A stretch of DNA of 64,000 nucleotides from Rhodospirillales bacterium (GTDB lineage Bacteria; Pseudomonadota; Alphaproteobacteria; Rhodospirillales; JASLLZ01). Both the position numbers and the translations under genes were made by a program. Numbering within the stretch: position 1 is the stretch's first letter; every line of letters begins with the position of its first letter. The notes under the pieces are model-generated. The model was not told where the DNA came from and did not search any database. It worked only from the letters and a program-made list of their open reading frames with translations. The stretch is taken from positions 1,663-65,662 of the forward strand of contig JASLLZ010000002.1 in assembly GCA_030746775.1 (NCBI GenBank). Direction: 5' to 3'. Below are positions 20,213 through 29,203 of the stretch, in pieces.

Positions 20213-20878
20213 TTGGGTATCGAAAACCATCTGACAGCCGTCAACCGCCATTCCCTCGGCGACCAGTCCGATCGAACCATGGGCCCGGTGTGGCGTGTTC
20301 TTGTGGATGCCTTCTTCCACAAGTGGATCGGTCCGGACGACGCGGTCCTCGATGTCGGCGCGGGGCGCTGCAATTTCATCAATCGGGTCACGGCGCGGCG
20401 CAAGGTGGCGCTGGACGCCGATCCCGATGCCGCGACCTACGCCGCCGCCGACGTTACCTTCGTTCAGGCCTCGGGCCTCGAGGGTCTCGACCTGGGCGGA
20501 GCCTTCGACATCGCGTTTGTCAGCAATTTTCTGGAGCATCTGGAAAACCCCGACGCCGTCCTTAAATTCCTCGCCGATCTCAGGCCGCATCTGAAACCGG
20601 ACGGCCGGGTTCTGATCCTGCAGCCCAATTTCGCGCTCCTGGGGGCCAAGTATTTCGACGTCATCGACCACAAGACGATCCTCACCGACGATTCCCTGGT
20701 TCAGGCCCTGGAGGTCACGGGCTACGAAATAGAGTTCTTGAAAAAGCGCTTTCTGCCCTATTCGTCACGATCGCGGTTGCCCAAGGCGGCGTGGATGGTG
20801 CGCCTCTACCTCGCCGTGCCGCCGGCCCAGTTCTTTTTGGGAAAGCAGACCTTCGTCGTCGCCAGGCCCAGGTCGTGA
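20213..20878 (+). CDS. Class I SAM-dependent methyltransferase
   Basis: VLDVGAG, FD..SNFLEHL, LKPDG; start uncertain. Confidence 0.85.
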   Translation: MGIENHLTAVNRHSLGDQSDRTMGPVWRVLVDAFFHKWIGPDDAVLDVGAGRCNFINRVTARRKVALDADPDAATYAAADVTFVQASGLEGLDLGGAFDIAFVSNFLEHLENPDAVLKFLADLRPHLKPDGRVLILQPNFALLGAKYFDVIDHKTILTDDSLVQALEVTGYEIEFLKKRFLPYSSRSRLPKAAWMVRLYLAVPPAQFFLGKQTFVVARPRS

Positions 20879-20885
20879 GCGGTTA

Positions 20886-21902
20886 ATGGATTATCGGCCC
20901 CGTCTCGCCCTTGAGGCGATCGGCCTTGATAGCGCTGTGAGCTCGCGCCGCCATGCATGGCGGCGGCGGCGCTGGGAGATGGAGGAAAGCGGCCGCCTGC
21001 AATCGGTCGTCGGCCCGCGATCCAGATTGACGATTTTTCTGAAAAGGCACCTTTTTCGCCTGTTCCACCTGGGCTCCCCGCCGATCCGCTTGCAGCGGCT
21101 TCACGACGCCTGGTCGGCGCGGGCCAAAGAGATCGATTTCGTTCACCACCGGATCTTCGATCCCGGGCTTCCCAAGGCGTTCGACGGATATCGGATCATC
21201 CACCTCAGCGATCCCCACTTCGACGCCCTACCCGGTATCGAGGAACGGATTTCCGAACGGCTGGCCGGCACGCCCGCGGACGCCTTCGTGGTGACCGGAG
21301 ATTTCGCCGACCGTCACGGCGCCCCGCCCGGCGACGTGATCGAACCCCTCAGCCGCGTGCTCTCCTCGATTCGGCCGACCGACGGCGTCTTCGCCACCCT
21401 CGGCAACCATGACAGTTGGGGTCACGCCGAGGTCTTGCAATCCCTCGGCATGACCGTCTTGGTCAATGAATCGTTCGTCATCCGGCGCGGCGCCGACTCG
21501 TTGGTCTTCACCGGAACCGACGATCCTTCGTATTTCTTCACCGAGGCCGCGCCGGCGGCGCTTCGCGCCGCGCCCGACGGTTTCAAGGTCGCCCTTGTCC
21601 ACTCGGCCGACATGGCGGACGTCGCGGCCGAAAGCGGATTCTCGCTCTACCTTGCGGGGCATACCCACGGCGGGCAAATTTGTCTTCCCAGTGGCCGGCC
21701 CCTATATATCGACTTGAAAAGATTTGTAGAATATGGCCAAGGAATTTGGTTTCATGACGACATGGTGGGGCTGACCAACGTCGGCGCGGGCGCGTCACTG
21801 CTGCCCTATCGGTTTTTCAGCACCGGTGAGGTGGTGTTGCTCACTCTTAGGCGGGGACCACGAGGCACGGATCGGGTCCCGACGCCGGGCCGCGATCAAT
21901 GA
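20886..21902 (+). CDS. Calcineurin-like metallophosphoesterase
   Basis: SDPH, TGDFAD, GNHD, AGHTHGGQ motifs. Confidence 0.9.
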   Translation: MDYRPRLALEAIGLDSAVSSRRHAWRRRRWEMEESGRLQSVVGPRSRLTIFLKRHLFRLFHLGSPPIRLQRLHDAWSARAKEIDFVHHRIFDPGLPKAFDGYRIIHLSDPHFDALPGIEERISERLAGTPADAFVVTGDFADRHGAPPGDVIEPLSRVLSSIRPTDGVFATLGNHDSWGHAEVLQSLGMTVLVNESFVIRRGADSLVFTGTDDPSYFFTEAAPAALRAAPDGFKVALVHSADMADVAAESGFSLYLAGHTHGGQICLPSGRPLYIDLKRFVEYGQGIWFHDDMVGLTNVGAGASLLPYRFFSTGEVVLLTLRRGPRGTDRVPTPGRDQ

Positions 21903-21923
21903 AAGCGTGAAATAAGGGATGGC

Positions 21924-23570
21924 ATGAACCACATAACGCCGATGGCGGATCAGACGCGGAAAAAGTCAGTGCGCTTGGTTCGAGATACGGACGATCGTCG
22001 TCTCTCGGATATATACGAGATGTTTGCGGCTCCGGAGGGAGCGACGGGAAAAGTAACGCTTGTTCGGCCTTTTTCGGTGCTCTCCAAATCGACCTACAGC
22101 GCCGCCATCCTTCCCCCCCTCGGACTGGCTTACCTGGCTTCCGTTCTGCGCGGCGCGGGCTACGACGTCGGCATCGTCGACGCCCAGGGCGCCGACATCT
22201 TCAATATCCGCCATTCGGATTGCGGGCGCTACTATCTTCAGGGACTTGGCATCGACGAACTGGTCGAGAAGATCGACCCGGCGACGACGATCGTCGGGGT
22301 CTCGCTGATGTTCTCCCAGGAATGGTTGCCGCAAAGGGATTTCATTCAAGCGGTCCGGGCGCGCTATCCGGACATGGTCATCGTCGTCGGCGGCGAGCAT
22401 CCGACGGCTTTTCCCGAATACGTGCTGCGCGATTGCCCCGAGATCGACTACGCCATTTCCGGGGAAGCCGAGATTACTTTCCTTGAACTCGTCCATCGGA
22501 TATTCCACGCCAAGGAGACGTTGGATTCCCCGGGCGTCGCCTGTATCGATGAAAAGGGTTCCCTGGTCAGTAACGGCTTCAGCGACCGCATCACCCATAT
22601 CGACGACCTGCCCCGGCCGGCCTGGGACCTGTGCGAGGTCGAGAACTATTTCCAGCCCAACTGGGCCATGGGCATCGGCATGGGGCGCCACATGCCGGTC
22701 CTGGCGACCCGCGGGTGTCCCTACCAATGCACGTTTTGCTCCAACCCGCTGATGTGGACGACGCGCTACAAGATGCGCGACCCCAAGGACGTGGTGGACG
22801 AGATCGCCTACCTGGTCCGCCAATACAAGGTCGACAGCATCGATTTTTTCGACCTGACGGCGATCGTGAAAAAGGAATGGACCCTGGCGTTCTGCGCCGA
22901 GCTGAAACGCCGCAACGTGTCGGTCACCTGGCAACTGCCGTCGGGCACGCGGTCCGAGGCGCTGGATTTCGAGACCCTGACCGCCATCTACGAGACCGGC
23001 TGCCGGCTCATCACCTATGCGCCCGAAAGCGGATCGGAAAGGACCCTCAAGGCGATCAAGAAAATGCTCAAGCTGGAGCGCATCATCGATAGCATTCGGA
23101 CAGCCAAGCGGATCGGTCACACGGCCAAGGTCAATCTTGTCATCGGCTTTCCCGATGAACGCCATGGCGATATTCTCAAGACGCTGTGGCTCAGCTTCAA
23201 GTTGGCGCTGTATGGCGCCGATGACTGCAACATCTCGATCTTCTCGCCCTATCCCGGTTCGGAACTCTATGAGCGGTTGCGAGGGGAAGGCAAGATTCCC
23301 GAGCCCGACGACGATTACATCATTTCGTTGCTGGTGTATTTCGACCTGACGAAAACGGCGTCCTATTGCGAAGGGGTGAGCGGCCGATCCCTGGCGTTCT
23401 ATCGTCTGGTCGTCTATCTGGTCTTTTACTCGACCGCCTATCTCGTCTATCCGAAGCGCCTCCTTCGCGTCGTCAAGAGTATCATGAGCGCCACATTCAA
23501 GCCCGCCAACGTCATCGAGCAGCGCCTTTACGATATCTATGCCCGAAGGACCCGCAGCCGAAGTGCGTGA
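21924..23570 (+). CDS. Cobalamin-binding radical SAM protein
   Basis: PPLGLAYLAS, GGEHPT, RGCPYQCTFC (CxxxCxxC), ESGS, PYPGS. Confidence 0.92.
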   Translation: MNHITPMADQTRKKSVRLVRDTDDRRLSDIYEMFAAPEGATGKVTLVRPFSVLSKSTYSAAILPPLGLAYLASVLRGAGYDVGIVDAQGADIFNIRHSDCGRYYLQGLGIDELVEKIDPATTIVGVSLMFSQEWLPQRDFIQAVRARYPDMVIVVGGEHPTAFPEYVLRDCPEIDYAISGEAEITFLELVHRIFHAKETLDSPGVACIDEKGSLVSNGFSDRITHIDDLPRPAWDLCEVENYFQPNWAMGIGMGRHMPVLATRGCPYQCTFCSNPLMWTTRYKMRDPKDVVDEIAYLVRQYKVDSIDFFDLTAIVKKEWTLAFCAELKRRNVSVTWQLPSGTRSEALDFETLTAIYETGCRLITYAPESGSERTLKAIKKMLKLERIIDSIRTAKRIGHTAKVNLVIGFPDERHGDILKTLWLSFKLALYGADDCNISIFSPYPGSELYERLRGEGKIPEPDDDYIISLLVYFDLTKTASYCEGVSGRSLAFYRLVVYLVFYSTAYLVYPKRLLRVVKSIMSATFKPANVIEQRLYDIYARRTRSRSA

Positions 23571-25431
23571 GCGGGCCAGGGTAATTTCGGTGTTGCTAGG
23601 TTACGGCACCAAGGAGGGACGCATTGTCCTTCTGTGCATCATTTTGTGTTCAGTTTTTCTGAGCATCAAATACTTCTCCGGCATCGAAAACACGTTCTAT
23701 TACGCCGGGTTCGTCATGAAGGCGATCCATCCTGAACTGTTGACGACGGACCCCATCGTCGGTAACGACCTTACGTCGACCACTTCGCCCTATAAACTGA
23801 CGCTCTATTACCTGTTGCCCAAGCTGGTGGGGGAAATCTGGCTCGACGACCGCTTGATCGCGGTCCTTTACATCCTGACCGTCGCGGCCGCATTTCTTGC
23901 CGCCGACCGAATTGCCGTCACCCTTGGGGCAAGCGGGGTTTGGGAGCGGATTGCCATCCTTCTTCTTTTCCTCAGGGACCACAAGATCCTTGAGAACGAT
24001 GTCAATTTTGCCAATCACGCGGATTTTCATCACTCCGCCGTGGCCCTGCCGATCGGCCTTTTTCTTCTTTTGGCTGGTATCAAGGGAAAAAACTTGTGGG
24101 CCGTCCTCGGCCTCACCATGCTCCTCGCCCTGGTCTCTATTCATGTCGCTCCCTTCACGGCCGGTATGGCGTTGATCGCGTTTTGGACGGTTGGATCGCT
24201 CCGGGATCGCCGCATCATCGGTCTTCTCTTCGCCCTCGGGGTCGCGGCCGCCGTCTGGGGTCTGTTTTTTCACATCGAGGTCCCCGACGACCATCGCGCC
24301 CCGATCTGGGATATGTTCGTCAATCATTGGTACGAGGGAATGGTGGTACCGTTCGATCCCCGGTTCAACGGGCTTCCCTTTACCGTCTTTGGCAACCTTG
24401 TCTTCGTTTTGGTGTTCGGCGCCGTCCTGCTTTGGCCCCACAAGGCGGCCGTTCCGATCACCGCTACCCGTGCCGTCGCCGCTGTCGCACTCCTTTCATG
24501 GCTGGTTCTCGGTCTCTACGGTCAATTCGCGCCGCCAGCGCTGCAGTATCCTCAGCTCCTTCTGTTCTCGGTTACGCGGCAGCTTCAATACCCGCAGATT
24601 CTGGCCTATGTCGCCTTGATGGTGTTTATCTTTCGCTGGACCGATGCCAAGACCGACGCGGTTCGGGTGATGACGGCGCTCCTCGTCATGTTTGTCTTGG
24701 CCGTCAGCGGGCCCGGCAATCTAGATCGTTGGGCCGGCCTTTTCGTGCTCGCCTTGGCGACATCGCTTGCCATCCATTGGTATCTCACGGCCAGGAAAGC
24801 GTCTAATTCGTGGGTCGGCACGCGGGGTGCGACGGATGTCTTGATGGATTCCTATAAGACGGTCGTGGCACTGACGTTCGTGATTACCATGGGGGTCGCC
24901 ATGGCGGCCGCGTCCTGGCAAAAGCTGCCGGCCTGGCACCATCTGCTGAAAAGCGGCGTTCACGGCGCTTCCGAGTCGGCCGTTTGGGTCGGCGTCGATA
25001 CATACATTCGCCGCAATACGCCGCCGGAAGCGGTCATCCTGCCCCTCCAGTACGCCTTTGGACGATACCTTCGCCCCGGCGAGGAATACGGCCATCGCCT
25101 CTTGTTCCGGCGCAATCTGGTGTCCCGGTCGGCGCGGGCGGTGCCGTTCCCGATGATGCTCTCGAAAGGCCTGAACCTGGAACACTTTCATTTTGCCCTG
25201 GCCCAGAAGGACATCATCCGCGCCCTTCCCGATGCGTGGATGAGGGGAGACGTCGGCGCCTTCATGACCGGTGTCGGGAAATTGCGCCCGGTACCCGATA
25301 CCATCGTCGTGCCGACGCCCGAGTCAACGCGTCTCAGCGGGCCAGAGTTTCCTTTCGAGGTTCAAGGTGAAATCCGTGGTTATACCGTTCTCCGCCGCAA
25401 ACCGCCGTCGAAGGCAACGGGCAAGCAATGA
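23539..25431 (+). CDS. Polytopic membrane protein with C-terminal soluble domain (possible GT-C)
   Basis: Long hydrophobic ORF; C-terminal YIRRNTPPEAVIL; ATGA overlap with the next gene; start uncertain. Confidence 0.65.
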   Translation: MPEGPAAEVRERARVISVLLGYGTKEGRIVLLCIILCSVFLSIKYFSGIENTFYYAGFVMKAIHPELLTTDPIVGNDLTSTTSPYKLTLYYLLPKLVGEIWLDDRLIAVLYILTVAAAFLAADRIAVTLGASGVWERIAILLLFLRDHKILENDVNFANHADFHHSAVALPIGLFLLLAGIKGKNLWAVLGLTMLLALVSIHVAPFTAGMALIAFWTVGSLRDRRIIGLLFALGVAAAVWGLFFHIEVPDDHRAPIWDMFVNHWYEGMVVPFDPRFNGLPFTVFGNLVFVLVFGAVLLWPHKAAVPITATRAVAAVALLSWLVLGLYGQFAPPALQYPQLLLFSVTRQLQYPQILAYVALMVFIFRWTDAKTDAVRVMTALLVMFVLAVSGPGNLDRWAGLFVLALATSLAIHWYLTARKASNSWVGTRGATDVLMDSYKTVVALTFVITMGVAMAAASWQKLPAWHHLLKSGVHGASESAVWVGVDTYIRRNTPPEAVILPLQYAFGRYLRPGEEYGHRLLFRRNLVSRSARAVPFPMMLSKGLNLEHFHFALAQKDIIRALPDAWMRGDVGAFMTGVGKLRPVPDTIVVPTPESTRLSGPEFPFEVQGEIRGYTVLRRKPPSKATGKQ

Positions 25432-26102
25432 CCGAGCTTTCAAGAGCGGACCTTTCACGACTGGCGCGGAGCCTGTTTCGCCAGGGCAATTGGGCCTTGC
25501 GCTTAATCCAGGGTTATCGGCCCTTGCTCTGTCCCTTCGAAGAACTGATCAAGGTCGTTCCCGGCCAGGCACGGGTTCTCGACGTCGGCTGCGGCGGTGG
25601 GCTGTTCCTGGCCCTCCTGGCGGCCACGGGAAGGATCTCCGAAGGCGTCGGCTTCGACGCCTCTGGGACGGCCATCGAGGTCGCCCGACTCCTGGGCCCC
25701 AACCTTCCCGACGGGCACGGACTTCGCTTCGAACACCGCGGCGTGGACGAGCCTTGGCCGGACGATATGTTCGATGTGGTTTCCATCGTCGATTTGATGC
25801 ATCACGTGCCCCCGGCGCAACAGGAAAGCCTGATTCTAAAGGCGGCCCGTCACGTTGCGCCCGGCGGCATGCTCTTATACAAAGACGTATCCGTGGGTCC
25901 CGTGTGGCGGGCCTGGGCAAGCCGGCTGCATGACCTCGTCATGGCGCGCCAATGGATCCACATCGTTCCCTTCGCCAGCATCGTCCGTTGGGCCGAGGCG
26001 GCGGGACTGGCAACCGAACGGCACGCCCGCATCGATGTTTTGTGGTACGGCCACGAGTTGGGAATATTCCGCCGCCCGGCCGACGATCATCAATCGGTTT
26101 GA
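25428..26102 (+). CDS. Class I SAM-dependent methyltransferase
   Basis: RVLDVGCGGG, FDVV..DLMHH, APGG. Confidence 0.88.
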   Translation: MTELSRADLSRLARSLFRQGNWALRLIQGYRPLLCPFEELIKVVPGQARVLDVGCGGGLFLALLAATGRISEGVGFDASGTAIEVARLLGPNLPDGHGLRFEHRGVDEPWPDDMFDVVSIVDLMHHVPPAQQESLILKAARHVAPGGMLLYKDVSVGPVWRAWASRLHDLVMARQWIHIVPFASIVRWAEAAGLATERHARIDVLWYGHELGIFRRPADDHQSV

Positions 26103-26104
26103 CC

Positions 26105-27364
26105 ATGAGCTTAATTCCAACGTTGCGATTGCCGGGCTGGGCCTTCGCCGTCGTCGCGGTGGCGATTTTGCCGCTGGCTTTGGTTGCCCCGCGCACACCG
26201 ACCGCCCTGATCATCGCGGCGGCGGTCATCTCGCTCGCCGCCTTTTGGCGCCACGGCCGCCGGATCACGGTTTTCGACACCGGCATTGCCAGCCTCCTCG
26301 TGATTCTCGTCGGCTGGGTGGCGGTCTCCGCGCTGTGGTCCCTGGACACCTACTTCGCCGTCAGGGGGGCCTTGAAGCTGGCCGGGAATATTGTCGTCGG
26401 GGGGTGTCTTTTCTCGATCGCGCTTAGGCTGGCGGCGGACGAACGCACCTTGATCGAACGCGCCCTGGCGGGCGGGTTCTGGCTTACCGTGGCGGTGCTC
26501 GCCATCGAAGCCCTGTTCGATGCGCCGCTGTCCAGACTGTGGGAGTACGGGTTGGGGCCTCCCGAGAAGCTCTATTATGAAAAATTAAGCGACTACGGCA
26601 TCTTCTGGCTCAAACCCGCGACCAGCCTGGTCGCCATTTTCGTGTGGCCGGTTGCCCTGTCCCTGAGCAGGAAAAGGGGATGGTTGGCGGCGCTTCTGGC
26701 CGTCTTGACGGTCGTCGCGGTGGCCTACGGGTTGAGGAACCAGACCGCCTTATTCGGCCTCTTGTGCGGTCTGGTGCTGGGCGGTCTGGTGCTCATCTTT
26801 CGGCGCCGGGCCGGCATTGCCGCCGCCACCATCGTCGCGGCCGGCATTCTGATCGCGCCGCTCCTGCCGGCCACCGTGTTGCAGCCAGATCGCCTCAGTC
26901 CGAAGACAAGCTTTGTCTCGCACGCCTTGTTGCATCGCCTCTACATATGGGAGTTTACGGCCGAAAACATCGCCCAACACCCGCTCAGGGGATGGGGCAT
27001 GAACGCGGCCCGGGTTCTGCCGGGAGGCAAGGACCTGCTGTTCGACAAAACCCGCCAACGCGACCTGGGCCATGTCATGCCGCTTCACCCCCACAACCTG
27101 GCGCTTCAGATGTGGCTCGAACTGGGACTTCCCGGCGCCCTTTTCCTGAGCACGCTGGTCGCGATGCTTCTCATGCGCTTGACCCGTCCCGACCTCGACC
27201 GCAATCTATCGGCCATGGCCTGCGGCCAGTTCGCCGCCGGTTTCGTGATATCGAGTTTCAGTTTCGGCGCCTGGCAAAGCTGGTGGCTGATGTCCTTGTG
27301 GTTTGCCGCTTCCCTGACCGCGATCCACAGTCAAGCCAAAATGCCAGCCGACCTAAACCATTAA
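26105..27364 (+). CDS. O-antigen ligase/Wzy family protein
   Basis: HRLYIW, HPLRGWG, LHPHNLALQMWLELG motifs; start at MSLIP. Confidence 0.88.
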   Translation: MSLIPTLRLPGWAFAVVAVAILPLALVAPRTPTALIIAAAVISLAAFWRHGRRITVFDTGIASLLVILVGWVAVSALWSLDTYFAVRGALKLAGNIVVGGCLFSIALRLAADERTLIERALAGGFWLTVAVLAIEALFDAPLSRLWEYGLGPPEKLYYEKLSDYGIFWLKPATSLVAIFVWPVALSLSRKRGWLAALLAVLTVVAVAYGLRNQTALFGLLCGLVLGGLVLIFRRRAGIAAATIVAAGILIAPLLPATVLQPDRLSPKTSFVSHALLHRLYIWEFTAENIAQHPLRGWGMNAARVLPGGKDLLFDKTRQRDLGHVMPLHPHNLALQMWLELGLPGALFLSTLVAMLLMRLTRPDLDRNLSAMACGQFAAGFVISSFSFGAWQSWWLMSLWFAASLTAIHSQAKMPADLNH

Positions 27365-27386
27365 CCGATTTGGCCCGGACGACGGC

Positions 27387-28307
27387 ATGGCGAACAAATA
27401 TACAAAAAAACTGGGGCTGACGATCAGCCGGTGGATCGCAAATAGTCTTTCCCAAGATGCCGCCCTCGACCTCTTTGCCCACCTGAGCCGCCGGCTTGGT
27501 ATTTCAAGCGTCGTGGCGAGCGGTAAGGCGGGCCGCATCGAGGGCCATCCCGGCGACCTCGTTTTCCAGTATTACGTGCGTGAGAAGGACACCTACCCCG
27601 AACTGCAACGCCTGATCGAAAGGGGCCTGGGGGACGGCCCCGGGGTCTATTTCGACATCGGCGCCAACATCGGCCTGACCCTGGTTCCCGTCGCCCGGCT
27701 GGGCGGTGTCGTGTGCTATGGGTTCGAGCCCGAACTCGAGAATTTCGCCCTGCTCGAGGCCAACATCCGGGCCAATGTTCCGGATGCCGATGTGAGGCTT
27801 TTCAACCTCGCCCTGGCAACCGAAAGGGCGCCCCTTGAGTTTGAGCTCAACGAGGACAACAGGGGCGATCACCGGGTGCGGGGCGACAGCTTGATCGAGA
27901 AGGAAAAGTTCGGTGAAAGCGGGCGTCGGACCATCACCGTCGAGGGCGCGCCCCTCGATCAGGTTATCGATGCCGAAGGACTGGCCGGGAAATGCGTCAT
28001 CAAGATCGACACCCAGGGCAGCGAGGTCAACGTCTTTCGCGGCGGTGAAAAGGTCTTCCAGCGCGCCGACGTGGTGATCGCCGAGTTCTGCCCCTACCTG
28101 CTCTTGCGCATGGGAACGCCGGTCGAGGAATACTTATCCTTCATGCGGCGCTTTCCCTTCGGCGCCGTCATGCCCGACGTCGTCACCGACCCGCTCGTGC
28201 TATCGCCGATGGAAGACGTTATCGCCGGGTTGGAAAGCCGCGTGCCGTTCGATGGTTCGGCCGCCAAGTACCTGGACCTGATCCTGGCCCGTCAAGGGAC
28301 TCTCTAA
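27387..28307 (+). CDS. FkbM family methyltransferase
   Basis: FDIGANIG, FEP, IKIDTQGSE. Confidence 0.9.
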   Translation: MANKYTKKLGLTISRWIANSLSQDAALDLFAHLSRRLGISSVVASGKAGRIEGHPGDLVFQYYVREKDTYPELQRLIERGLGDGPGVYFDIGANIGLTLVPVARLGGVVCYGFEPELENFALLEANIRANVPDADVRLFNLALATERAPLEFELNEDNRGDHRVRGDSLIEKEKFGESGRRTITVEGAPLDQVIDAEGLAGKCVIKIDTQGSEVNVFRGGEKVFQRADVVIAEFCPYLLLRMGTPVEEYLSFMRRFPFGAVMPDVVTDPLVLSPMEDVIAGLESRVPFDGSAAKYLDLILARQGTL

Positions 28308-29203
28308 CGCGCCCCCTTCCACCATGCGCCGGTGCGGACCAGGGTGAAGGGAAGGGCGAGAGCCGTGCGCGCCAGTGCCCCGAACCGCCCTCTTTTCCTG
28401 TAGGCCGCCATGGCCTCGGCGTGCAGGGCCAGCACCCGGTAGGCGAGGCTGACCAGGACCGAGCCGGGGCGGCGGCAGAGATCGGGCGCATAGCGCCGGG
28501 CGATTATCAGGCAGCATGCCAGGCGGCGCTCGGTGTGGCCCATGATCCCGCCATCGCCGGCGTGATAGCGCACCAAGGGCTCATCGAAGACTTCGAACGG
28601 CGTTCCCGGCTCGCGCACCATCTTCAGCCACAGATCGAAGTCCTGCGCGTTGGGCAGGTCCTCGTCGAAGCCACCGGCGGCATCGATGGCGGCGCGCCGG
28701 GCGACGACGCTGCAGGTGTCGATGTATCCCTTGCGGTAAAGCTGGACAAACGGATCGGCGCCCTCGCGGAAGCGCCGGGCGCAGGCATTGAGGGTTTCTT
28801 GGCCGTCGCCGACGATCCAGCCGTCGTGGGCGACAAGGACGTTATCCGTGCCGAGGAGGTGCGCCATGGAGCGTTCCAGCTTGGCCGCCAGCCATTCGTC
28901 GTCGGCGTCGAGGAAGGCGACGTAGGTCCCCCGTGCCTCGGCCAAGGCCCGGTTGCGGGCCGCCCCGGCACCCCGGTTGGGCTGGCTGAAGACCTTGAGT
29001 TCAATGCCCTCCATGAGATCGGTACAGGCCTTGGCTGCGTCCGAGGTGGCGTCGTCGGAGCCGTCGTCGACGACGATCACTTCGGACGGTTTCACGGTCT
29101 GGGCGGCAACGCTTTCCAATGCCCGGCGGATGGTGGCGGCGGCCCGGTAGGCGGGGATGATGACGCTGACGTCGGCGCTGCGGCTGTCGTTCTCAGGCGG
29201 CAT
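28304..29203 (-). CDS. Glycosyltransferase family 2
   Basis: VIIPAY, VDDGSDD, GAARN, FLDADD, QDFDLW. Confidence 0.92.
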   Translation of the reverse strand: MPPENDSRSADVSVIIPAYRAAATIRRALESVAAQTVKPSEVIVVDDGSDDATSDAAKACTDLMEGIELKVFSQPNRGAGAARNRALAEARGTYVAFLDADDEWLAAKLERSMAHLLGTDNVLVAHDGWIVGDGQETLNACARRFREGADPFVQLYRKGYIDTCSVVARRAAIDAAGGFDEDLPNAQDFDLWLKMVREPGTPFEVFDEPLVRYHAGDGGIMGHTERRLACCLIIARRYAPDLCRRPGSVLVSLAYRVLALHAEAMAAYRKRGRFGALARTALALPFTLVRTGAWWKGAR

